A stretch of 64,000 nt of DNA from Shigella phage Sf19. Of this stretch, positions 32,337 to 40,571 are shown one piece after another (the stretch's first letter is position 1; each line of letters opens with the position of its first letter). The stretch is taken from sequence record MF327005. The stretch is one strand, 5' to 3'. Under the pieces are notes generated by a model. That model did no database searches. It worked only from the letters and a program-made list of their open reading frames with translations, and was not told where the DNA came from. Made by a program: the position numbers and the translations under genes.

Positions 32337-33200
32337 ATGTCTAAAGTTGTTAAAATGAAAGCTCCGGTAGAGAAGTACAATGGTCAAGAACGTGAGACTC
32401 TGCGTTACCTGCTGAAAGATGTTTGGTTCTATTACCTGAACACTATTCCACGCCCTCAAAAGGGTAAATCTGTGGATAAGCATTTTCCGGGCAAAGATTG
32501 TAACTACAGCGTTTCAATTCTGGCAAAAGATGGTAACAAGCTCTTTAAAGAGTTCACCAAGTCTAAAAAGAGTCCTGAAGGTTGGGATAAAGTTACTACA
32601 GAGGCTGTTGATGCAGATGACTTCGAAGAGAAGTTTGGTTGTGAGCCTCCGTTTGAAGCTGACACCTATCACATCCTGAAGGTTAGCCGTTCAGCAGCAT
32701 ATAAAGATGGTGCTGTGTGGTCAGCAAAACAGAGTTTCCCTGTAATGCTGGTTGAAGAAATCAACGGTAAGCGTGTTGCAGTTAAGCAGCCTATGAAGAA
32801 AATCAAGGCAGCAAAATCTGATAAGCACGATGATGATAAGACTTACGATGTAATTCATCCAGATATTGCAGTTGGTAACGGTTCATTTGGTAGTGTGATT
32901 CTGGCGACTCACTTCTACACATTTGAAGGTAACGTTCTGACCAAGCCAATTCAGGAACAATTTATCATTGATACTCTGGTTCCTTACACTGGTGGTACTG
33001 GTGGTGCTACTGAGACTGAACTGGATGAAGATGAACTGGCAATGCTTGGTCTTGCAGGTGTTGAAGACAACGGTGAAATCACTGAAGAAGATGCAAAAGA
33101 TTCTGGTGATGAAGGTAAAGGTGGTGATGACGACGATGACGACGACCTGCCAAACCCAGATGATGACGACGAAGATGATTTCGAAACTGACGACGAGTAA
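32337..33200 (+). CDS. putative single-stranded DNA-binding protein
   Basis: Strongly acidic C-terminal tail (DDDDDDDLPNPDDDDEDDFETDDE) as in phage SSBs; position within replication module. Confidence 0.45.
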   Translation: MSKVVKMKAPVEKYNGQERETLRYLLKDVWFYYLNTIPRPQKGKSVDKHFPGKDCNYSVSILAKDGNKLFKEFTKSKKSPEGWDKVTTEAVDADDFEEKFGCEPPFEADTYHILKVSRSAAYKDGAVWSAKQSFPVMLVEEINGKRVAVKQPMKKIKAAKSDKHDDDKTYDVIHPDIAVGNGSFGSVILATHFYTFEGNVLTKPIQEQFIIDTLVPYTGGTGGATETELDEDELAMLGLAGVEDNGEITEEDAKDSGDEGKGGDDDDDDDLPNPDDDDEDDFETDDE

Positions 33201-33217
33201 TAGTCAGTAACTACTAC

Positions 33218-33247
33218 AAAGCCCTGTACAGACGTATGGGGCTTTTT
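33218..33247 (+). terminator. possible terminator after SSB-like gene
   Basis: AGCCC-13-nt loop-GGGCT stem followed by TTTTT; weaker than others. Confidence 0.35.
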
Positions 33248-33262
33248 CGTATGGAGAGTACA

Positions 33263-34303
33263 ATGGAACAATACACCTTAACAAAGCTCCCAGAGAGCGT
33301 TACACACGTCTTTATTGACTCTGATAGCATTGCTTACAAAGGTGCTTGTGTAGTTGAAAAAGCAAAGTACAAGTATGTGAATAAAATCACTGCTGAAGAA
33401 TCCGACGCTTTTGATAGTGCAAAACTGGCAGCACAATGGCTGTCTGACCAAAGAGTTTTAACTGAAGAGTTAGGACTTGACTTTGATGAAGATGAATGGG
33501 AAAGACAGACTTGGAAGGAGGCTAAGAGTGAAGCTGAAGCAATTATGGCTACACAGCAAGTTCTTCAGGAGTGGTTGAAAGTCGTTGGTAAAGAACGCAA
33601 ATGGATGGGTTACCTTACTGAGAAAGGTGTTCACAAACACAAGGATATCAAAGGTCTTGAACACCAATACCAAGGTAACAGAAAAGAAGCTGTAACACCT
33701 ACACACCTAGTTGCTTGTCGTGAGTATCTTCTGTCACGACCAGAGTTTAAGCTCCTAAAGGGGGGCTTCGAAGCAGACTCTATCGTTATTGCAAAAGCTG
33801 AGAAGATGGGTAAAAAAGCTGCTCTGATGAGTATTGATAAAGACCTTCGTCAAGCTGAAGGAACTTACTGTATTGATATGACTTACGAGAAAGCTCCATT
33901 AATTTTCATTGCAGATAATAACGTTGGTGAGATTTGGGATTGCCCTATCAAATCTAAACCGAAAGCTAAGAAGACAGTCGGAGTAGGTTTTAAATTCCTC
34001 TGCTATCAAGCTGTAGCAGGTGATAATGCAGATAACTACTTCGGTTTAAAAGGTGCTGGTAAGGTTGCAGTGATGAATGCACTGGAAGGTAAAACTACCT
34101 ACAAAGAGTGCTTAGACGCAATCTATGAGCTTTATGCTAAGAAAGAGTCATACACCTATGAATCATGGGATGGTCAGATTGTGACAAGAACTCCACTAGA
34201 ATTAATGGAGCAACACTTCTGGATTGCTTATCAAGAACGAAATCCTAAAGATGATTTTACGTTTAAAAAATACAATTGGGAGCCAGTTATGAATGAAGAT
34301 TAA
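33263..34303 (+). CDS. 5'-3' exonuclease / flap endonuclease (RNase H-like, FEN family)
   Basis: FEN-like acidic blocks VFIDSDSIAY, MSIDKDLRQ, AVAGDNADNY; start set at ATG 33263 (GGAGAG upstream). Confidence 0.6.
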   Translation: MEQYTLTKLPESVTHVFIDSDSIAYKGACVVEKAKYKYVNKITAEESDAFDSAKLAAQWLSDQRVLTEELGLDFDEDEWERQTWKEAKSEAEAIMATQQVLQEWLKVVGKERKWMGYLTEKGVHKHKDIKGLEHQYQGNRKEAVTPTHLVACREYLLSRPEFKLLKGGFEADSIVIAKAEKMGKKAALMSIDKDLRQAEGTYCIDMTYEKAPLIFIADNNVGEIWDCPIKSKPKAKKTVGVGFKFLCYQAVAGDNADNYFGLKGAGKVAVMNALEGKTTYKECLDAIYELYAKKESYTYESWDGQIVTRTPLELMEQHFWIAYQERNPKDDFTFKKYNWEPVMNED

Positions 34304-34793
34304 AGGATTTGGAAATTGCCCTGTTTATGGACATTGGGTTTCACTGTGCGGGGAAATTGACCCCGCTAACTATTTTGGTTTTGTCTATTTAGTATACTGT
34401 AAGAAAACTGGACAATATTATATTGGAAAGAAACAATTTAATAACGTCACTAAGAAAAAGGTTGCTGGAAAGACCAGACGTAAAGTCGTGACAAAAGAAA
34501 GTGATTGGATGACTTATCAAACATCTTCTGAATACATTAAGAAAGATATTGAATCTTTTGGTGAAAAAGAGTTTGACTTCTACATCATCCAGACTTACTA
34601 TACGCGAGGTGGCTTAGTTTATGGCGAAGCTAACCTACAACATAAGTTTGACGTCATGACAAAAAGGATTGACTCTAAGCTTCGACTCTTCTACAATGCA
34701 AACATTGCAGCAATCAAGTTTCTTACAAAAGAGACTTATGATGAAGCTGAGAAGAGAATCACTAAAATCATGAAACTTAATGAGAGAGTTTAA
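34293..34793 (+). CDS. GIY-YIG-like endonuclease (possible homing endonuclease)
   Basis: N-terminal FVYLVYCKKTGQYYIGKK resembles GIY-x(10)-YIG; ~166 aa. Confidence 0.45.
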   Translation: MKIKGFGNCPVYGHWVSLCGEIDPANYFGFVYLVYCKKTGQYYIGKKQFNNVTKKKVAGKTRRKVVTKESDWMTYQTSSEYIKKDIESFGEKEFDFYIIQTYYTRGGLVYGEANLQHKFDVMTKRIDSKLRLFYNANIAAIKFLTKETYDEAEKRITKIMKLNERV

Positions 34794-34794
34794 A

Positions 34795-35010
34795 ATGTTT
34801 AATAAAATCAAAAATGACCATGTTTCTAAAATCCAGAGTGGTGTAGCAGCACTGAAGGAAACTATCAGTAAAGCTAAGTCAGCTACAGAAGCTGAGATGG
34901 ATGCTCTGGAATCACAAATTCAACATCTGTTAAGCAAACGTGTTGAACTCAAAGAACGAATGGACTATATTGAGTCTCAACAAAAGTTGTTTGAAGATAA
35001 GGAGGCTTAA
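34795..35010 (+). CDS. hypothetical small coiled-coil protein
   Basis: Start moved to ATG 34795 (GAGAG upstream). Confidence 0.4.
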   Translation: MFNKIKNDHVSKIQSGVAALKETISKAKSATEAEMDALESQIQHLLSKRVELKERMDYIESQQKLFEDKEA

Positions 35011-35765
35011 TGTTTAATTCCAGAGAATCCGTAAGAAATTGGAATCTACGTTGTGGCAATAATCCAAAAGAACCATACAGCACAGAGTATTGGGAATCAC
35101 TGAAAAGCCAATCTCTGTGTATGCTTGAAGAAGCTAGAGAGTTAGTCGCAGCAGTAGAAGCCAAAGACCCTGTTGAGACCCTTGATGCTCAAGCTGATTT
35201 GCAGTATGTACTTGATGGTTTAATTTTCCTGACACAACATGACCATGATGGTGCTATCAAGGCTGTTTGTGAAAACAACAACCTCAAATACACAGACGAC
35301 TATCAAGAAGCTCTACAGCGAATGTTTGATATTGAGAAACGTACTGGTGATGAATGTTACCTGCGTCAATCAATCATCGAAGGTAAAGAGTGGTTTGCGA
35401 TTATTCGCAAGTCTGATGGTAAGATTATGAAACAGTCTAATCTTCCAAAAGTTCAACTTGAAAGTTTTATTGCAGAAGTTGACGCAAAAGAATTATTTGT
35501 GGTAACATCTGACACATGCGTTATCTGCCAAGGACTGATTGGAAGTCTTGGTAGTCTTGGCATTAAAAACTTTTCTAAAGTTGAACCAATCTCTTCAAAA
35601 GCAGATAAAGATTTCTGCCGTGAGAATGGATTATGGCTTGCGGATATTGTGTACTATGATGGTGAGAAGTTCCATGTAACCTCATATCCGAAATTGAATT
35701 ATGATGCAATCAACCTCAAGCAGTGGTTGAAAGGAGTCGGTTATAATGGATTCACAGAACATTAA
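35010..35765 (+). CDS. MazG-like nucleotide pyrophosphohydrolase domain protein
   Basis: N-terminal EEARELVAAVEAKDPVETLDAQADLQYVL matches all-alpha NTP-PPase (E..E...E..D) pattern. Confidence 0.45.
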   Translation: MFNSRESVRNWNLRCGNNPKEPYSTEYWESLKSQSLCMLEEARELVAAVEAKDPVETLDAQADLQYVLDGLIFLTQHDHDGAIKAVCENNNLKYTDDYQEALQRMFDIEKRTGDECYLRQSIIEGKEWFAIIRKSDGKIMKQSNLPKVQLESFIAEVDAKELFVVTSDTCVICQGLIGSLGSLGIKNFSKVEPISSKADKDFCRENGLWLADIVYYDGEKFHVTSYPKLNYDAINLKQWLKGVGYNGFTEH

Positions 35766-36072
35766 TAAAGGTGAAGAAGTGGTGGCAAAAAGCCACTTCT
35801 CCAACTACAACCTCTCTATGACAGTGTTTATGAATGATTCACTGTTAGACAAGTACGGAGAGAAGCCAGAAACGATTCTGGATAATGAACAAGTATTAGC
35901 AGCAGTGTTGTATAAGTATGGCTTAAATATTGATAAACCGTACTCTTACGAGATTTGCCAGCACAGAAATACTTTTGGTAAAGTTGTTGTAGCCCCCCTG
36001 TTCATGGGTGTAGAGCGCACAGATGACCAGTGGATTTACTTGAAACGAAACTTGGATAGATATCATGTCTAA
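35746..36072 (+). CDS. hypothetical protein
   Basis: 108-aa ORF. Confidence 0.4.
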   Translation: MDSQNINKGEEVVAKSHFSNYNLSMTVFMNDSLLDKYGEKPETILDNEQVLAAVLYKYGLNIDKPYSYEICQHRNTFGKVVVAPLFMGVERTDDQWIYLKRNLDRYHV

Positions 36073-36400
36073 AATTAAGAAGTTAACTAAAGAAGAAATC
36101 AAAGCTGGTGAAGAACTAGGCAATGATAAGTTTGGTGAGACATTACATCATGGTGACTTTGTAATGTACACTGAAGATTGCAAAGGTCGCAGCGATATCA
36201 AATTTGGACGAGTTGTCTGCAAAGTACGTGGTAACTTTTCAATTGCAAGACTTGAAGAAGATATTAGTGAGAAACTTGACATGGCATTCGATGAAGGTAA
36301 ACGTTACTGGTACATGAATACAATGTCTAAAGGTTCACTAACAAAAGTGTCACAGAAGTTCATTGAACTCTGGGAAAGTAAAAAGATTTTTAGCATTTAA
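36065..36400 (+). CDS. hypothetical protein
   Basis: 111-aa ORF. Confidence 0.45.
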   Translation: MSKIKKLTKEEIKAGEELGNDKFGETLHHGDFVMYTEDCKGRSDIKFGRVVCKVRGNFSIARLEEDISEKLDMAFDEGKRYWYMNTMSKGSLTKVSQKFIELWESKKIFSI

Positions 36401-36408
36401 TCTCTAAG

Positions 36409-36431
36409 GGGTCTCTTCGGAGACCCTTTTT
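36409..36431 (+). terminator. rho-independent terminator
   Basis: GGGTCTC-TTCG-GAGACCC followed by TTTTT. Confidence 0.65.
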
Positions 36432-36451
36432 CACCTGTAGGATTTAATATA

Positions 36452-38686
36452 ATGATTACTACTATTCGCAAATCAGACGGTACAATCGTACCATTCGAAC
36501 CAGAACGTTTAAATAAGTGGGCTTCATGGGCTGACAAGAGAGGAATTATCTGGTCAGAAGTTGTAATGGAAGCTATGAAGCGTGTCTATGAAGGTTGCAC
36601 AACAAAAGAAATGCACCAAGCTATGATTGACGTTTGTATTGATAAGCAAACTCAAGAGTACTCTGATATGGCTGGGAGACTACTTCTTGGCATTATCTAC
36701 AAAGAAGCTTTTGGTGGATTTACAAAGGTTCCTCAATTACTTCCATTTGTGATGAAGATGGAGCAGATGGGGCTTTGGGAGCATATGGATTACACACCTG
36801 AAGAGATTGACTATTTACAAGGTCACATTGTACATTCAAAAGATATCTCTTATGGGTATGCAGTACTGAAGCAGTTCCGTGATAAGTATGGAATCCGTGA
36901 CATTAAAAGTGGTAAGCTGTTTGAGTCTCCACAGTTTATGTTCATGGGTATGGCTATGAAATCCTTTGAAAGACAGCCTAAACAGCGCCGTTTAGATGAT
37001 GTTATTAAGCTCTACACATATCTATCTGACCTGAAGATTAATGCCCCTACACCGTATCTGAATGGTCTGAGAGCTACAAAATCTGGCTATGCTTCATGCT
37101 GCCTAATTAAAGCAAACGATACTGCTGAATCTCTTGGCATTGCTACAAAAGTAGCTTATGACATGACCACTAAGCAAGCAGGTATTGGTATGCTGATGGA
37201 GACCAGAACAATTGGTGATGGAATCCGACAAAATACTATTGAGCATATGGGAAAACTCCCTTATTATAAGCTTGTACGTGCTGCTGTAGAAGCTAATAAG
37301 CAGAAGAGTCGTGGTGGTTCAGCTAATAACTTCTTCACTGCATTAGACCCACAGATTGAGGATTTGCTACGCTTGAAGCACCCTACAACGGTTCCTGCAA
37401 AGCGTATTAATGAAATGGATTACTCATTTGGTGCAAATGATTACTTCTGGCAATGTGTACAGTACGATACAGATTGGTTGCTATTCTCTTACAAAGACGC
37501 ACCAAGACTGTATGATATGTTCTACACAGCAAGTGCTGATGAATTTGCTATGGCAGTAGGTCACGCAGTTCATACAGGTGTTAAACATAAACGTGTAAAG
37601 GCTCGTGAGGTTGCCAAGTTGTTTATTCAGCAACGTTATGCTACAGGACGTGTTTACCCGTTCTTTACTAACAACGCAAACTATCATACACCTTTCAAAG
37701 AGCCTTTGAAAATGTCAAACCTGTGTATGGAGATTGTCTTACCAGTTCATGGTTTTGAGGATGAAAGAGACCTGTATAGCTACACAGCCAAGAAAGAAGA
37801 TGGTGAAGTTGCTCTTTGCTTCCTAGCTAGTTTGGTTGCAGGGAGAATCACAGAAGATGAATACGCTGACGTTGCTTATTATGCTCTTGCAATGGTTGAC
37901 TCCGTTATTGACCTTATGGATTATCCGTATCCGTCAATGCGCAACCATGTTCAGAAGCGTCGTTCTGTTGGTATTGGCCTTACTAATGTGGCTCATTACC
38001 TTGCGAAGAACTATGTGAACTACTCATCAAGGGCTGGTAAAACTAAACTTCATGAGTTGGCTGAGATGCACTCTTACTTCTTGCATGAAGCATCTTTAAG
38101 ACTCGCAAAAGAGCGTGGTGTACCAGAGTACATGCAGTTTACTAAGTACCCTGACGGTTGGGTTCCACCAAAGACTGCTAACAAGAAAATTGATGAAAAG
38201 CACGATGCAAAACTTCGTTATGATTGGGATGACCTGTCACATCGAATTAAAGAAAATGGTGGTATTCGTAACTCTGTGTTAGAGGCTTATATGCCTAATG
38301 AGAGTTCTTCTCTGGCAACTAACACGACAAACGGCCTGTACCCTATTCGTGACTTCATCTTAACTAAGAAGTCTGCAACTGGTAACGTTCTGTTTATTGT
38401 ACCTGATTATGAAGAGTTGAAGTATGTATATGAAATTGCTTGGGATATTGACACATTTGATATGATTGATTGCTATGCAATTGTTCAAAAATTCACTGGT
38501 CAAGCTATCTCTTCAGATTTCTATGTTGACTACTCGAAGTCTAAGAAGGTATCATTAGAGCAAGCTTTGAAGTACATGATTTATGCAAACCTTGTTGGTT
38601 TGAAGACTATGTACTATCTTAACAGTCGTATCGGTGTTGGTAAATCAGCACTACAAGATGCCTACTGTGAAGGTTGTGGAGTTTAG
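36452..38686 (+). CDS. nrdA: ribonucleotide reductase class Ia, alpha subunit
   Basis: N-terminal ATP-cone; active-site SNLCMEIVLP; C-terminal CEGCG tail; 744 aa. Confidence 0.9.
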   Translation: MITTIRKSDGTIVPFEPERLNKWASWADKRGIIWSEVVMEAMKRVYEGCTTKEMHQAMIDVCIDKQTQEYSDMAGRLLLGIIYKEAFGGFTKVPQLLPFVMKMEQMGLWEHMDYTPEEIDYLQGHIVHSKDISYGYAVLKQFRDKYGIRDIKSGKLFESPQFMFMGMAMKSFERQPKQRRLDDVIKLYTYLSDLKINAPTPYLNGLRATKSGYASCCLIKANDTAESLGIATKVAYDMTTKQAGIGMLMETRTIGDGIRQNTIEHMGKLPYYKLVRAAVEANKQKSRGGSANNFFTALDPQIEDLLRLKHPTTVPAKRINEMDYSFGANDYFWQCVQYDTDWLLFSYKDAPRLYDMFYTASADEFAMAVGHAVHTGVKHKRVKAREVAKLFIQQRYATGRVYPFFTNNANYHTPFKEPLKMSNLCMEIVLPVHGFEDERDLYSYTAKKEDGEVALCFLASLVAGRITEDEYADVAYYALAMVDSVIDLMDYPYPSMRNHVQKRRSVGIGLTNVAHYLAKNYVNYSSRAGKTKLHELAEMHSYFLHEASLRLAKERGVPEYMQFTKYPDGWVPPKTANKKIDEKHDAKLRYDWDDLSHRIKENGGIRNSVLEAYMPNESSSLATNTTNGLYPIRDFILTKKSATGNVLFIVPDYEELKYVYEIAWDIDTFDMIDCYAIVQKFTGQAISSDFYVDYSKSKKVSLEQALKYMIYANLVGLKTMYYLNSRIGVGKSALQDAYCEGCGV

Positions 38687-38741
38687 TTTGAATAACTATG
38701 AGGGTCGTAAAAGACCCTCTAAAATTAACTTGGAGAAAAGT

Positions 38742-39017
38742 ATGCTAGATTTAATTCGCAATGCGAGAATACGTAGCAAAGATAACTCACTATATTTATT
38801 TTATATTCCAAGACGGTCTTTGTATTATATTGCAGACTTAGACTTAAAAGTTAAGATGCCAGATGGTTCTTGGAAAGAACATATACGATATGTTGATTGT
38901 TTTAATCCAAAGCAAACATATGCAAGGCCACTTGATATGTTCAACAAGGACAAATGGGTTGTTATGACAACAACTGAAGCCAGAAACTTTCTAGATACAG
39001 GAATCTTACCAGAATGA
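38742..39017 (+). CDS. hypothetical protein inserted between nrdA and nrdB
   Basis: Start set at ATG 38742 (GGAGAAAAG upstream); hairpin AGGGTC-GTAAAA-GACCCT at 38701-38718. Confidence 0.35.
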   Translation: MLDLIRNARIRSKDNSLYLFYIPRRSLYYIADLDLKVKMPDGSWKEHIRYVDCFNPKQTYARPLDMFNKDKWVVMTTTEARNFLDTGILPE

Positions 39018-40087
39018 TTAATCCACATCCAATTTTCTTAGGCGGTGAACGAAAAACTTTCGATTCACTGAATAAACACTATCCAAAAATCTTTGAACTG
39101 TATAAGCAGCAGAAAGCACAAGACTGGTCTGAAGATGAGTTCCCATTTGAACAGTCACGGTTAGACTTTGAGAGTGTCCCTCAGTCAATGTCTGGTGTAA
39201 TGCTTGAGATTCTGAAATGGCAATGGGAAGCAGATACACAGGTTGCTAAGAGTTTAGCTTTTGCATTTGCACCGTTCATCTCTGATGATATCTATGCAAC
39301 TGCTATCATGAAGCAATCAGAAATTGAGAACCTTCATGCACTAACTTATTCAGAGATTGTTCGTCAGTGTATCAAGAACCCTGAAACAATCCTTGATGAG
39401 ATTAACCAGAACGCTGCTGTACAGGACAGATTGAAGACTGTGAACAGAGCACTGGCAGAATTACTTGACGAAGGTATTAACTATCGTTTAAGCTATGTTC
39501 GTCAAGAGCTAATGGAGAAAGACCCTTTACACTTCCACAAAGTAATCTTAAAAGGTCTCTTTGCAGTAACAGCACTTGAGGGTATTTCCTTCATGGCATC
39601 CTTTGCATGTACCTTTGCACTTGATGCACAAGATAAATTCCAAGGGATTGCACAAGCAGTACAGAAAATTATGCTTGACGAAATCATTCACACAAAGATT
39701 GATATCGAAGCATTAAAAGAAACTTTGAAAGATGAAGAGTGGCAAGAAGCTTTCCGTCAAGTACTCCCAGAGATTAAAGTAATTCTGGATGAAGTAGTTG
39801 AAAGTGAAGAGAAATGGTCTTACTATATTTTCTCTGAAGGACGTGCTGTTGTAGGTTTGAATACAAAACTTCTTCATGAATGGGTTTACTACAACGCTGC
39901 TCCATTGTATGATATGTTTGGTATTCCAAGAGACTTCGTAGCTCCTAAAGAACCACCTTTGAAATACATGATTAAGAAGATGGAAATTGATAAAGAGCAA
40001 AACGCTAACCAAGAACAACAAAATGGTGCGTATCTTTTGAATACTGTTGTTGATGATTTAAATTCAGGATTTTTAGAGGTTCCTTAA
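39014..40087 (+). CDS. nrdB: ribonucleotide reductase class Ia, beta subunit
   Basis: 357 aa, ATGA-coupled; position and size consistent with NrdB. Confidence 0.8.
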   Translation: MINPHPIFLGGERKTFDSLNKHYPKIFELYKQQKAQDWSEDEFPFEQSRLDFESVPQSMSGVMLEILKWQWEADTQVAKSLAFAFAPFISDDIYATAIMKQSEIENLHALTYSEIVRQCIKNPETILDEINQNAAVQDRLKTVNRALAELLDEGINYRLSYVRQELMEKDPLHFHKVILKGLFAVTALEGISFMASFACTFALDAQDKFQGIAQAVQKIMLDEIIHTKIDIEALKETLKDEEWQEAFRQVLPEIKVILDEVVESEEKWSYYIFSEGRAVVGLNTKLLHEWVYYNAAPLYDMFGIPRDFVAPKEPPLKYMIKKMEIDKEQNANQEQQNGAYLLNTVVDDLNSGFLEVP

Positions 40088-40329
40088 TGACTTATGTAAT
40101 TTACTCAAAAGATGGCTGCCCACAGTGTGTGACTGCTAAGAACTTTGCTCAGGCTCGTGGATTAGACCATGTTGTAAGAATGCTTGGGAAAGATTATGAG
40201 CTAAGTGACCTGATGGATATTGCAAAGATACCTGTTCGTCAGATGCCTTTTATTATGAAGGTTGAAGACAATGAAATGAAACCTGTTGGAACACTACAGA
40301 ACTTTATGGCAGAGGTGAATAATGCTTAA
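40087..40329 (+). CDS. glutaredoxin-like redoxin
   Basis: 80 aa with CPQC active-site motif near N-terminus; adjacent to nrd genes. Confidence 0.7.
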   Translation: MTYVIYSKDGCPQCVTAKNFAQARGLDHVVRMLGKDYELSDLMDIAKIPVRQMPFIMKVEDNEMKPVGTLQNFMAEVNNA

Positions 40330-40522
40330 ACGTTTATGGGATGGTTTTGTTGAAGATGCTCCGATGATTGCTCTGGCATTCATGGTTACTAGCCTGTTTA
40401 CTGATTTAAAACAAGGTGCTCTCTTTGGAGCTATGCTAGTATGGGTTATCTTTGAGATATTAGATATCAAACATGATTTGAGTGGAAAGCTTAAAAAGCT
40501 TATTGAAAAGTTTTCTAAGTAG
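40322..40522 (+). CDS. small membrane protein
   Basis: 66 aa with hydrophobic segments. Confidence 0.35.
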   Translation: MLKRLWDGFVEDAPMIALAFMVTSLFTDLKQGALFGAMLVWVIFEILDIKHDLSGKLKKLIEKFSK

Positions 40523-40533
40523 AATTAATATAA

Positions 40534-40556
40534 GGGTCTCTTCGGAGACCTTTTTT
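40534..40556 (+). terminator. rho-independent terminator
   Basis: GGGTCTC-TTCG-GAGACC followed by TTTTTT; same hairpin as 36409. Confidence 0.65.
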
Positions 40557-40571
40557 GCATTAGGAGTCAGA

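Noticed and set aside
22407-34303. Assignment of the window to a T5-like or T7-like phage because of the family A polymerase and gp4-like primase-helicase
   Set aside because: The tail module looks contractile-tail-like and the gene set (rIIA-like, NrdD/NrdG, NAMPT, ATP-dependent ligase) does not match those genomes as I recall them; the closest resemblance is to FelixO1-like myoviruses, unverified.
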